A stretch of DNA of 64,000 nt from Podarcis vaucheri. Lineage: Eukaryota. Numbering within the stretch: position 1 is the first letter of the stretch; every line of letters begins with the position of its first letter. A model generated the notes under the pieces. That model did not search any database. It was not told where the DNA came from and saw only the letters and a program-made list of their open reading frames with translations. Of the stretch, positions 26,741-39,800 are shown in pieces. The stretch lies in NCBI GenBank assembly GCA_965113315.1, contig OZ220375.1, one strand, 5' to 3'. Position numbers and translations under genes: made by a program.

Positions 26741-28697
26741 CTGTAGTTAAAGATGCCTGTTGATTTCTGTTAGGTGCTACCATGCATCTGAATACAAACA
26801 CCAAAGTAGTAATTTTGAATTAATGCAATATACAAAATTAGAATATACAGTCATGGGATAAAGAAAGTGCACTCTATTTGAATTCTGTGGTTTTACATAT
26901 CAGGACATAATAGCAATCATTTGTTCCTTAAAAGGCATAACTAATTAGTATTTAATTTTTCACACATGGCATTTCCATTTTGGCTTTATTTCTGTTAAAT
27001 AAATCACAACACAGTGTAATATGCCATGCATCATTGTTCACCTGAGATTGTATTTACCTAATTTTAACACCTGCTACAGAACAGAGGGTTGTTATCATGT
27101 CTTCATATGTAAAACCACAGAATTCTAGGATGGTGCACTTTCTTTTTCCCCATCACTGTATGAAATTACATAACAGCAAAAAACAACAACACCTCACATG
27201 CTTACCTTCAAAGATGAAATCTAAAGCTGTGGCACATTTTCTTTCCTCAGCGTAAGTGAATGCATAAACGGTACTCACTTCAAAAACCCCAAACTGAGGC
27301 CTTCTATGGGAGTGAAATTACCTACTCATGAGTTAACACAGCTTAACAGGTGACTCCTCAACTTTAATGAGGAACTAGCCTTAAAATACAGTTAAAGAAA
27401 CATGTGTGATAACATGTCCTAGTACATGGGTCCTAGTAGCAGCTACTGTTATGGTCTTTGGTCATGCCTGAACCCACCTACACAATTGCCAGAGTAGCTG
27501 AATAATCAATCCCTCTTGCCAGGAAACTTTAGGAATTGACACTCAAGGAGAACAGTCCTAAAAACTCTCAGCACCCTTAGCAAACTACAGTTCCCAGGAT
27601 TCTTTGAGGAAAGTCATGCCTGTTTAAAGCGGCGTATTTCTGCTTTAAATATATTGCAAAGATGGGGCCTGAGGCCTTCCTGCAATCTGAGGCACAAGAG
27701 GCAAGGCCTTTTTTCCTCAGAGGCACTAGAGAAATTTACCTGTTGCTCGCATTCCAAAAAGGCAGTTAAAACCTCTTTCTTTCAGAAGGTTTTTTTTAAA
27801 TGGGATTTGCTGCCACTACTCTGAAATGTTTTATAATTCTTCCAGAGCCTCAGTTTTAGTTTGACTTGGACCTTTCGGGATAAATTGTTTTAATTTCTGC
27901 CTGTCACTGTAACGCAAAATCCCGCCTTCAGCATTTTTTACAAGAAGTCAGGATACAAATGCTGTGAATAAACAGACAAGCAAACAGACGGTAATGAAGA
28001 GATTATACTTCAGAAGCTACATGAAAGAACATATATCTTGTTCTGGAAGCCTGGAGCCAGTGACCACAATCTGACACCCACACAATAAATGCCCTCCCTT
28101 CACAGGCCTGGTTTACATCACTAGGAATTATGCTTGGGGAAATAAATAGGAAATTCAAGTGGGGGGGGGGAGAGTGGAGGGTTGCTACTGCAGAACGTGA
28201 TCACAAGATGGCGGCAAAGAATTAAAATTGGGAAATACATATGCCTTTGCGAAATGTCTGGGGCCTGTGTTTATTAGTTTAAACGTGAAGTCTGGATTGT
28301 GACCAGTTGCTATGCTGGAGGAGGAGAAATGGTGGACAAAGTGTCCAGTTGCCTAAAAGCTCTGACTGGTTGAGAGACGAAGAAGCTCAAGGTATTAATT
28401 AACAGGACGGAGGGGAGGGGGGAAATTTAGTTGACTAGCCTTGTTAGAATTCAGTTGGGCAGGTTCCCCCCCCTTCAATACAGACTTTAAATCCCTGAAG
28501 CAAGAGAGCATAGGGCTATACTAACAGAGGGCTCCTCTACATGACCCTCACAAATGCTTGTTTGCTGTTCCCACAACCAGGGAATAATTTTGGCCATGCC
28601 ATCTTCCCCAGTTTTTATCTTGCATTCGTAATATTCCAACACACAGTTGACATTCAGCCAAAATTTTACATAGGCCTCTGAATGTTATTCTCTCGAT

Positions 28698-28835
28698 AGG
28701 AGCTTCTTCTTTTAGCTGGAATTCACCAAAACTCAGTTCTGGCACCTCTCAGGTGGGCGCCATTGCCATTGTAAGAGAACAAGGGAGGCGTTCGTGGTGA
28801 GTTCCGGCACCTCTTTTTCTAGAAAAATAGCACTG
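28698..28835. mobile_element. Non-autonomous hAT-type element, same family as 9125-9260, inverted
   Basis: Reverse-complement similarity to 9125-9260; flanks ctctcgat / ctcttgat. Confidence 0.75.
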
Positions 28836-28854
28836 CTCTTGATAAATAAATATA

Positions 28855-29096
28855 CTGTGGTACCTCTGGTTACGTACTTAATTCGTTCTGGAGGTCCGTT
28901 CTTAACCTGAAACTGTTCTTAACCTGAAGCACCACTTTAGCTAATGGGGCCTCCTGCTGCTGCTGCGCCGCCGGAGCACGATTTCTGTTCTCATCCTGAA
29001 GCAAAGTTCTTAACCCGAGGTAATATTTCTAGGTTAGCGGAGTCTGTAACCTGAAGCATATGTAACCTGAAGCGTATGTAACTCGAGGTACCACTG
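28855..29096. mobile_element. Tc1/mariner (pogo/Tigger-like) MITE
   Basis: Terminal inverted repeats ctgtggtacctctggttac / gtaactcgaggtaccactg, TA target site duplication, internal taacctgaa repeats. Confidence 0.88.
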
Positions 29097-29526
29097 TACA
29101 GCTCAAGTGTCAAAAGTCAGGGTAAAGAGGTACGTCTTCAGCATTCTCCATAGGCTATTATAATGAAGGTGCTGGGCACCCACAAATTTTGGTGCCAGGG
29201 CCTTGCACACTGCATAGCACCCACGGCCCCTGGCACCCATGGTCACGGGGCCAAGTTGGCACTCCTGATGAGCACTTGTGAGTTGGGCCCAGAAACAAAA
29301 TGGCAACTAGCAAAGCTGTTTTAAAACAGGGGGTATGTGAGATCCAAACAGAACCCTTGCCAGTAATCTGACTGCTGCAATTTGGACCAGTCGAAGTTCC
29401 TGAATTGTCATCAAGGGCAGCCCCGCATAGAGCCCATTGCAGCAATCCATTCTGGAAGATACCAGAGCATATCTGGAAGATATTTAGGATGGTTTGGAGG
29501 TTAATGTGATGTATATCCTGTATTCA

Positions 29527-29858
29527 GGGACGTGGGTGGTGCTGTGGGTTAAACCACAGAGCCTAGGACTTGCCGATCAGAAGATCGGCGGTTCAAATCC
29601 CTGTGATGGGGTGAGCTCCCGTTGCTTTGTCCCAGCTCCTGCCAACCTAGCATTTCGAAAGCACGTCAAAGTGCAGGTAGATAAATAGGTACCACTCCAG
29701 CGGGAAGGTAAACAGCGTTTCCGTGCGCTGCTCTGGTTCGCCAGAAGCGGCTTAGTCATGCTGGCCACATGACCCGGAAGCTGTACGCGAGATGAGCACC
29801 ACAACCCCAGAGTCGGCCACGACTGGACCTAATGGTCAGGGGTCCCTTTACCTTTACC
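29527..29858 (+). mobile_element. Sauria SINE (Squam1), near full length with a small internal deletion
   Basis: gggacgtgggtggtgctgtgggttaaacc head, B-box ggttcaaatccc, (cctttA)n tail, 13-bp target site duplication tatcctgtattca (29514-29526, 29859-29871). Confidence 0.92.
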
Positions 29859-32800
29859 TATCCTGTATTCAATCATAAATCCACAGATGTGCCACGGATC
29901 ACCTGCATGAAGTTCATTACCACTGGGGTTCCATGGACCACAGTTTGGGAACTCCTGCTTTAGGAGGTTCAGACACTGTTTGCTTTTATGGTGTGCTAGA
30001 AACATTGTTCGATTTGTGATTCTTACTTTGCAAATGCCACCCAATATTTGAGGTAGCAGTCTTACATTCTATCAGTGTTATTTATGGATGTACTGTTTTT
30101 ATCCAGCTTTTCAGACAATTATCATCTCCGGAAACAGCTCACATCAGTTAAAAAGAGAGAGCTACAGACCCTGCCATCAGGCATGCAAACAAAAAAAGAC
30201 CACAAGGACAAGGGAAGGGATCTGGAGGGAAAAGGCAGAGAAGCCATCAAGCCCCCCTCCAGATATCCTTTTTATCACCAGCAAATTTATTAGCCACCCT
30301 TCACCAGCAGGTTCCAGGGCAGGTTACAACAATATAAAATAGCAAACAGTACAAACCGATTACAATCACAGGAATCGGGCAGGCCCTAAAAACAGACATC
30401 TCAGGTGCCAAAGGCCAGTTTTCATGGTGCATTATTATTCATGCTCATGATGGTATCAGGGCAAGTTATTCATGGTCCCACTTTCAGTACTGTTTGTACA
30501 GACAAACCTTTTTGGAGCTGACACACTGCTTTGTTTCAAAGCAGTGCATGCCCCTGTAACGCCTTGGTGACACCCTGTGATTTTTGTATACCACAAATTT
30601 CCTGGTTTATTTTTTGACCCACTTTTGGTGCTCTATAGTCCCCTTCTACTCGGCAGTAATACAGCAACACTGGGAAAGCACCCCAGACCAACTAACAAAA
30701 CAGAAGGATGTGCGGACTGTCCGGTCTAAATCTACCACAATGCACTATTACTGTATCAATGCCATGTTGCAGAATACATGCCTCATTTAAAAAATAATAA
30801 TAATCCAACCAGCTTGGAAGGACTGCAACTCTTTAAGGTCAAAACAAATTGGTAAGCTAGGCTGATTGTCTCATGCTGGTGGCTCTTTTTCCTGTTGCTA
30901 ATGGATGAAAGCAGAGTGCTCTTTCCACCTTACTTCTTCAGTAGGCGCTTGTGTTTCTTCTGGGTGAGTTTTCTACCGCTGCTGCTTCTTTGGCCAATGG
31001 ATAGGGCAAGGTTAGCCTCTCCCTTGCCTTTATGTTTATTCCTGGGAAGCAGAGGGTGCAGCGTCACCAAGGAGCTAGACCCCCTGGCCAATGGCCGGAT
31101 CCTAAATGTGCTTTCCTGCTACTCTCCAGTCCCAGGGCTTACTGTTACAGGCTGCAGTCTTTAAAACACTTACAGACTACAAGCCAGGCCAGCAAACTCA
31201 TTCTCCCAAGTGCTGATACTGAGGTAGGCAAAACAGCACCATCCACACACACACACACACACACAAACACACAAAAGGGCGGGTCGCAGCTGGCTTAAGG
31301 GAACCGCAAAGTTTCAGAAGTTTAAAAAAAAATCATGAGGGTGAAAACATGAAAAAACCACCATAGTGATTGTAATATACTGATTTTAAAAAATCATTAT
31401 GGTTATTTATATTTGAATTTTTTAAAAAATATAAAAAGTAAAACTCTAAACACAGTCCAATGAGGAATGAGACTTTCAGTGGGCATAAAATGTTGATGGA
31501 TTGCTGGGGAAGAGGGAGATGGAATGGAGTCTCCTGGGGGGGGGGTAGTGAGCTTGATTGAATCCTGAACAGGAATGCTCCACACTGCCAACCTTTTGCC
31601 GAAAGTCCCATTTGTAAGAATAATACTGGGGATTTAGACAGTGCAATGCAGGTCAGTTTTAGTATCTTTGTATAGGAGGTGCTTAGCGGGAGGCTGAGAT
31701 AATAGTTGCTCACTAGGTCAAGATAACCTGAGGCCAGTCACTACCTCGCAGGCTAACCTACTTCTTAGGCTTGTTGTAAGGATAAAGGAAAAGGGTATGT
31801 ATGTCACTTTGAGGTCCTTGGAGGAAAGATGATATGTAAATATACTTATTTGCTCAAGGATACCTAGTTACTTGATGGCAGAGCTGACATTTGAACAGTG
31901 AACGTCCCAATTCTTAATTCAAACTTTGAGCCGATACGCTATAAAAGCTCACAACTGGAACCACTTTTTTAAAAATAATAAACTTGGTGAGAAAAAGCAT
32001 CACTTCATGATCCTACAGTGTAAGATTCAACATGTTTCCTTTGGAATAAATATCAGGCCTATTGGGTTTAATTGTACTCTGGACCCAGTTACAATGTCAT
32101 GTGGGGAAACTGATATACTTTACCAGAGCCCAGAATTCAAGGTAGGGTGGTATCAAAAATATTGGCTGCACACCTCTTATCAACTTGGGACAGGGCAGGG
32201 GGAGAAGAGAAGAGAAAGTAGGCTAAGTTGCAAATTGTGCATGAGGATGTTTGTCCCAGCTTTTCTATATCTATAAGGGTGACCTGATGCTGTCAGATTT
32301 GCTGGAGCCAATGAGAAGGAGTGTTGAAACATTTCCCAGAGTCCCTTTATTCTTGCTGGTATTTCCTATGCAGGGCAGAAGGAAACAGCAATTCCTCATA
32401 ACCAGCAAGGCATTCTTTGGGAAGAAGGCATATGAAAGTTTGCACAGGCCCCAAATAAGTTGTGATATTCAACTTCAATGATTACAGAGAGACGCCTATT
32501 CAACACACTTGTCTGTACATTGTTGCTTGGACCAGAACCCTCAGTCCGGTACCTGACTTCAAATGCAGCGCCACAGTCACCTGCAGTTTCATCAGAATAG
32601 CACCACAGGCAGTTTCTCCAATCACAGGATCAAGGTGCAGCTACCATACAATTATTTCTTCTCAGAATTTGCTCCAAATTTACAGCAAGTAACTGGCCCG
32701 TAATGGAGTGCTCTTGACTCTGACTGCAAACGTTGCCAGGGGAGAAAGAAAATAAAGTGCTGTTGCTTTGACTTACCAGCAGAGACAGTGAAGCACCAGG

Positions 32801-35127
32801 ATCATGAGCAGTGGAGGGCAGGGTGAAGAGACATGACAATTCAATATTGAAAGCAGAAATGAGGAACCTGTGGCCCTCCAGGTGTTGTCAGACTCCTAAC
32901 TCCCATCAGCCCCAGCCAGCACAGGTAATAGTCAGGGATTATGGGACTTGAAGTCCAGGAATATTTGAAGGGCTGCAGGCTCCACCATCCTGTCTTTAAA
33001 GGAACACAGAAAAAAAGGGGGGGGGGTATACAGCAAGCTCATAGAGCCTTTGGCCAAAGGAAGTTGCACAGTACCTCTATTCCAAAAGAGGATGGGTCAA
33101 GTCTGACCACCAGATAAATTTGGAGGTGGGATGACAGTGTGTGGAACCCACTAGGGAGGAAAGGGAAACCAAGAAAAGCCTGGCTCAGAGTCTTTTCCAG
33201 CTCTCACCAAAAATGCCAGAGCATTCAACCATCATGTCTCATATCCCTTCTTGCCTACATTCTCTGATTGTGCCAGCTGTCACCCAGATATTTATACCCA
33301 CTGCCCCCAGCTGTGACTTTCTTCTCTAAAAAGTGCTAAGAGTTCAAACTTTCACGGAAACCTTGCTTCCTCTTTCTGTTGCAAAAAGCAGAAGTGCACA
33401 TTCACTGTGGTTAGGCATTCAGAGATGTTCTGATGTGATGCATTTTCAAGCATTAATCTCTCACTTTCCTTTTAGTGACAAAGCTGGTTCATCACCAGCC
33501 GTAGAAGGGATTTGCATTCTATGACTTCCAACCAGTGCCCTTTCTCCACCTCCCCACCCCCACCCCAAGGGAGTGTCTCTCAATCATTCTTTAAATACCA
33601 GGATGCACATGTGTAACTTGAGATCTTATCCGCCAAGCATCTTGCTCATCTTTTATTTATTTAGGACCATCGGTGTGCATGGTTTTTCACAGAGAGGCCA
33701 AAGAGTCCCCTGGTACCTTAAAAGAACATGCAAATTTAATGGTGGCAGAAGTCACATAAGGGAAGGAGGAGCATGCAAACCTGAGGTTTGCTGCAGCTCA
33801 TTTGCAGCTATTACAAACAGTATGAACCATTGTGACTGAACAGCAACATCATTTGCACTGAAAAATAAGAATCATGTGCACATTTGGCATGCTTGGAAGA
33901 GGCTAGGCCAAAACCTATCCCAGATGTGCTAGTTTGCAATGCACAAGGGAGTTTTGTTTGCCTGGAAGGAACATAGGTCTGTGCCGACACAATCGACCCG
34001 CTCCTCTCATATCCCATGTGGCTCTTCTCCCCAGGCACTGTGTAACAGATCCAGAAGGCATTTGTGAAGCACTGCAGAACTTTTGCAGAGAAAAAAGGAT
34101 AGCACACACTGCTCCACCCCTCTCCCAGCCCACTTAATGTTTCTTCTCATAATAAGGATGGATCCATTGACAACAGGAAGTTCCCTGCCCTGAATTCTGA
34201 GTGAGCATGGTTAGGATTGTGCTGTAAAGACACTAAACATACGACCCTTTGCAGGCTGTGTGCAATTTTAGGGAAGAAGTGAGCCCTTCTGGAGCAACTA
34301 TAGCCATGCACTGCAAAACACAGAAGGGAAAACTTCCCCACAAGAAGCTGACACGACACAGCTGTCAAGGGTGGTTTATAGCGCTGGCTGCAATGTAAAA
34401 GGTAATGGACATTTCAAGTATCAGCACAAGTTTTGCAGAAGCTGTGAGACAAATAATAACTTGCTTCCTTCACTTCTCCAAGGAAGCTTGTGCTGTTGAG
34501 GAATTACCCTAAACCCAGTTATGGTAATGGAAGGGCAAGGGCTTATCTTCCACCTGCATCACAGAGAAGGCAGCAAGCTCTGGAGTTTCTCTGGTATAAA
34601 ACAGGATGTAGAGCCTTTTCTGTGGTCTTAGGCCTAGCTAAAAGACCACCCACAGGAGACAGCAAACCCAGCTGTGTGGATTCTGGGATTCCTTGGAAAC
34701 CATGTGGTATTGAGCAAACATTCAACTTTTTGCAAGTAACTGTAGAGGGTGTTCCCCTCCACTTCTTTTTTTTAAAGGAAGTTTTCAGCTCTTGTAGCTG
34801 CAAATATTTGTTGGGAGTTCCACAAGCCAAAGGGGAGGCTGAAAAAGCTTGCCTACGCAGTCGCTGGCTGTAGGCAGGACTTTGCCTCTCCCATCGGCAA
34901 CGCAACCGGAAGCATGCAAAGTGGCAGAAATGTGGAATACACCCTGCAAATTATGAGAGGCAATCCCATCTGCATCATTCATACCAACCCCAGAATTCAG
35001 TTTTTAGACTGCATAGGTGCAATATTATTATTAGCTGACACAGCCCAGCCAACCCCCTTCCATTAATCCTCCCTACTCCAGGCACAGTCAAAGAAGACCA
35101 GGACACACAGCAGATGAGATGAACTAG

Positions 35128-35133
35128 TTTAAT
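35128..35133 (-). terminator. Candidate polyadenylation signal (ATTAAA) of ATP6V0A1
   Basis: ATTAAA on the minus strand about 1.6 kb after the stop, followed by a GU-rich tract (ctgctgtgtgtcctggtc). Confidence 0.4.
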
Positions 35134-36761
35134 AGACACAGTGATTGACTGATGAGGACCAGCGGGGGGTGGGGGGAATACTTCACTTGTCCAAAACAGC
35201 AGCAGTAAACACAATGACCGGTTGCTCTCTATTTCACACATACACATGGCAGCACCTGATACTTCAGACTCTCTACTCAAGAGCAAATAAGGGATTAGCA
35301 CCTGCCCATAAAGTTGCCACACCAGTTCCGGTGCTCTTGCCTTTAGTGCGCGACACAGGTGGCCTCATACCGAGACAATTCTAGAACAGTGCATGCTTAA
35401 GTCACACAAATACACATGAATCATATAAATACTCAGCATACAGAGGCGCAGAAAGCCCAGCCTCTTTCCTATGGCAAAGGGAAGGCAGATGCTGCCTGCC
35501 CTTGGGAAATTCCTATTTTCCTAGGGAAGCCCACCCTAAAATACACAAGGGCTGCTGTGGATGGCTTTTACAAATGCTCAGTAGTAATCGGGGTGTGCGG
35601 GTTTCCCCACCCTGCTTCTTCTTTCCATCTAGTAATGTCAGGGTTACATAGGAGCTTCCTGGAGGTGAAAGACCCTCAGTTTCCTTGGAACAAAACAAGC
35701 CATTCAGAGTTGCAGGCAGGGTGAGTCAAAGTTTCCTTATTAACTAATCCTGCAGAGCCAGGCACAGGTCGGCTCTGCAATTGGGCAGGCAAGCAAACTC
35801 CCTCCCTCCTTCGCCGGCCTGCTCTTGTCCAGGGAAGGACAGTTCCAAAAACATCCAGTTGTAATGCCATGTGGGGGGTCACCTTTCCCAAAGAATCCTT
35901 TGCTTTCGGTCAGAGTTTCCTAGAGGATTACGCCCACACACAGAGGGGCGAGGCAGAGAAGAGGGGACAAAATGTAGCTTACAAGCAGTAGAGCAAGAGC
36001 AATGAGAGGGGGAGGGAATAGCAGCCAATGCTCTGCTCAGAGGTCAAGCTAGGACGTGTGGCAGGCGCAGGTGGGGTGGGAGCTCTCTTGCCTGTCATGT
36101 GTGTTGCCTTTTAAGCAATTTTATGACGGCAATTTAACTGAGGGTATGGCAGAGCAAAAGTGCCAGTAAAAGAGGAAAATCTGCCTCCAGCAAATCGCTG
36201 GATAGGCATAAAGCTGGAATACAACTTTTGCATGGGGCAAATCTGGGACTTGTTGCAAGCAGTCTAGTGTGCCGCTCTAGAGGTCAGGAGAGATAAGTGT
36301 GTGTGGTTGGACTGAGGAATAATGGCCCCTCTGGCAAGACAATTTGCCAGAAGAAGCTTACACAAGTTTCTAGTCCTGTGTGTTCTTGAACTGCACTTCA
36401 CTTTCCGGTACCAAACTGAGCAGCTAACATGCTTGTTATTAACCGGCTGCAGGTGGTTAGGATGTGCTCCTCCGTGGTAGTCTCTGTCTGTGCAACTTGA
36501 AGGACACTGCCCCACCCCAGGACCTGCCAAGGTGATTACAGGAGCAATATTTTCTTATGATTCTTATGTTTTTCCTATTATTCTCTTTCTCTTTTGAGTG
36601 GGGTTCTCATGAGAAAAGCAAGATATTGTCACACTAGCAGCTCGACTACACAACAGGAGAGCTATACAACTTCAGATTTATCAAACACAGGCAAACACAA
36701 ACACATGCAGGAGGGAGCCAAGGTTTACTGCCACACATCCATCCAACTGGCCTCAAGAGGA

Positions 36762-36855
36762 TCATTCATCAAATCTCCCATCACGGATGTTGTCAAATGA
36801 GAAAGGGAGGAACTTGAACCCGGCGCCCATGTAGAACTTGTTCTGAAATTCCACC
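36762..36855 (-). CDS. ATP6V0A1: ATP6V0A1 last coding exon ([30 protein letters not shown])
   Basis: 94 bp including TGA at 36762-36764, cactag acceptor. Confidence 0.95.
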
Positions 36856-39800
36856 CTAGTGAGAAACAAAAAAAGGAACACAAGAAGCAAACAACCATTA
36901 GCTCAGGAGGCATGTCGAAGAATTTCGAGATTCAAAAGTGGCAGTGACCTTATCCTTTCTATGGCATTCATGTTTTACTACTGCAATGTACCGTTTCAGA
37001 TATCCCAATTCCCTGTCCAAGTTTAAACACACAGCCCCCCTCCCGGTTGCCTTTGCAGAAGGTTCAAGTTGCAGCAAATGTGAGTGGGTATCAGTGCAAG
37101 GACTCAGGCATGCAAGCGATAACAGCGCTCTATGCCCAAACGTAGGAATGGGGAACCTCAGGTCTGGTGGCTGAATACAGGCCCCTCTATCCATCCCTCT
37201 GGACTCTCACTGGCCCTGCTCCACACCTCTCTCAAGCACTTCTGGGTGGATGGCACGTGTCCTTAAAGTGGATCTGGCTAAAGGCCCATCTAGTCCAGCC
37301 CCCTGTTCTCACAGTGGTTAACCCCATGCCCATGCGGAGCCCCAAAGCAGGACCTGAGCGCAACAGCACTCTATCCACTCGTGAGTCCAAGAAGCGGGCA
37401 TTCAGGGGGCACACTATCTCTGACAATGGAGGAAAAACACAATCATTGTGGTTATGTCTATCTCTGCTAAACCATGTGTCTAGGAGGCTCAGGGCAAGGG
37501 GCACACCTGGACCGAATGCCCAACACAGCACTACTTTAGACTCTCTCCTCTGCATCTGGTTTAGCATCACAACAGGAACCCAGGCACTGAAGCAGCTTCC
37601 GTGGATATACCCCAGAAGAACCGTGAGTGACAACCCCTGCAAGGACAGGCTCTTTAGAATTCTGGACTGTCAGCGATGCAGAATCCTATTCCTCATCTCT
37701 GAGGTCAGGATGATTTGATGGTTCAGAATTCCAAAGAGCATTCTGCATCCTCCCACAGATGATGATTTTCCTGAAATTCCCAGGGGTGACCAGTTAGAGA
37801 CCCACCTCAGAACCAGCCAAGATTCTAACACACATCCAGAGAGAGCGCTTCATGCGGTGTATACCGTATTTGTATTCCACCTTCCTCCAAATTGTTCAGG
37901 GCAATACATGGAGGTTATCATATTTTATCCTCGCCATCCACTGTGAGGCAGGCTAGGCTGAAATATAGTCACTGATCCTAACGCATCATGGGCAAGAGGG
38001 GTTTGAACTGAGGTCTCCCAAGGCCTTTTTCAAATAAACCACAGGGGTGTAGCACAACATGGCACAGGTATCCGGATTCCCCCCTCCCTGTTCTTTAAAG
38101 GCCTTCAGGGTTGTATCTATGCCAGGGAATTTTGGAAGTATGCCATATTTTCCCAGTAGTGATTTCGTGGAAGGCCATTACCTGGACATCAATCCAAAGT
38201 CTTAGGTTCACCCAGCCAAGTCAGGGTCACTGTTATCATGTCTTCCCTAACCTATGATGTTCCCCTCAAAAAGAAAAGGTAAGGGAACTATTCAAGTTGA
38301 TTAGGCTTCAATACATTTCACAAAGTGGAACAAAAATCTTCCATTTTAGCAAAAAAGCTAAAGATTCAGTACTAGAATACCATACAAAAAGCAAGATCAC
38401 AGTTCGTTTCAGATCTGTGTAGCTCACCTCAGCTGCACTCCAAAAACTATTCTAAATGCCCATCTAAGCCACGGCAAGTGAGACATCTTTCTTTTGAACC
38501 AGAGCAGTCTGGAACCCCTCTTCTTCCATCACCAACTTCAGGGTGCCACAGGGAAACACCAGAGAAAGAAACAGAGGCCTGCATTCCAGGATCAGTTTGT
38601 TTCTTTTGCTGTTTTGCCGTTTCCACTAATGAACTCAAAATGTAAAGGGAATGGTACTGGAAGGCTGCCCAATCATAAACAGGCACCAAACATGGAAAGA
38701 AAAACCCCATGATTCATTAAGAAAACAAACCCCGTGCTCTTCTCTTGGCTCTGTGGTGAGAAACATTTTCCATCCCCTTCATCTGCCAGATACAGAGAAA
38801 AACGGAGTACAAGTTGATTTGCTGCCACTGCTCCTCTAGGGTGGAATGTTTCAAGTGCAGGATTCATTTTAAAGACTAACATCCATCTTGCAAGCCCAAA
38901 TACACCAGAGAACACAGAGAAACTTTATTTAACTCAGGGGCAGTGAGAAGGCATAATGGATCAAGCAAACTCTCATACACCTTTGCAAGCAAATGCAACA
39001 GCTTCCCCCAAAAGGCAAAAGGCACAGATGGAATTTGTCAGCTACCAATATGAACTGGCCTTCTCTCCCTTTGCAAAATCTCCAATTTCACGATTCGCCT
39101 GCCAAACCCACACGAGCAAAATCCTTGCGCACAGAAGACTAATGCATCAGGGCAAAGGTTATGCTAGAGCTCTTCTTCCTAATACACCACCTTTCTACGT
39201 GCAGAGATTTGTGCATGTTAAGAAGGAGCGCTCAGTCACGTGAGCCGCCTGCCCGTAGCCTGAAGTGATATATCCCAGACGCAAGCAAAGTGCAGCCTCT
39301 GATAAGCTAAGAAGGGAAAACCATTGCAGAGCGAAAGGGCAGAGGATTGCAACAGCCCACCACCACCACCACCTCCGCTCTCTTTGCCCCCGCCAGCATG
39401 CCCACGTCGCTTGGACGGCAAACAGCTCCCCCCTGACTGAGAATACCAGTTGCGCTGCCAGACCGCCAAGCATTCCCAGCATATCCAGGGTGTGCCAGCT
39501 GCACTTACAGACTGGAAACAGCTGCGCGCTCTGCTCCTCTCCACTTGTTTCACTAATTGGCAGGGACACGGGGCTAGTGGGAGGGAGGGACGGCCATATT
39601 TCAAGCCTTTTTTAAAAAGAAGTTAGCGAGTTTCAAGACTCATGTCTCTGGCAACAGGCATTGCGTGATCAAGAGGCAGGCAAGAAATTTGTGGTTCACA
39701 TCCAAAGGGGTGGGGTGGGGGAGCTCCTCGGTCTCAGTTTCACTGTTCTCCAATGGACACGCAGCAATTCAGCCCAGGAACTTTATGAATTGCCAGCCAT

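Noticed and set aside
37167-37718. 183-aa plus-strand ORF
   Set aside because: Runs through repeat-derived intronic sequence with no recognisable protein features
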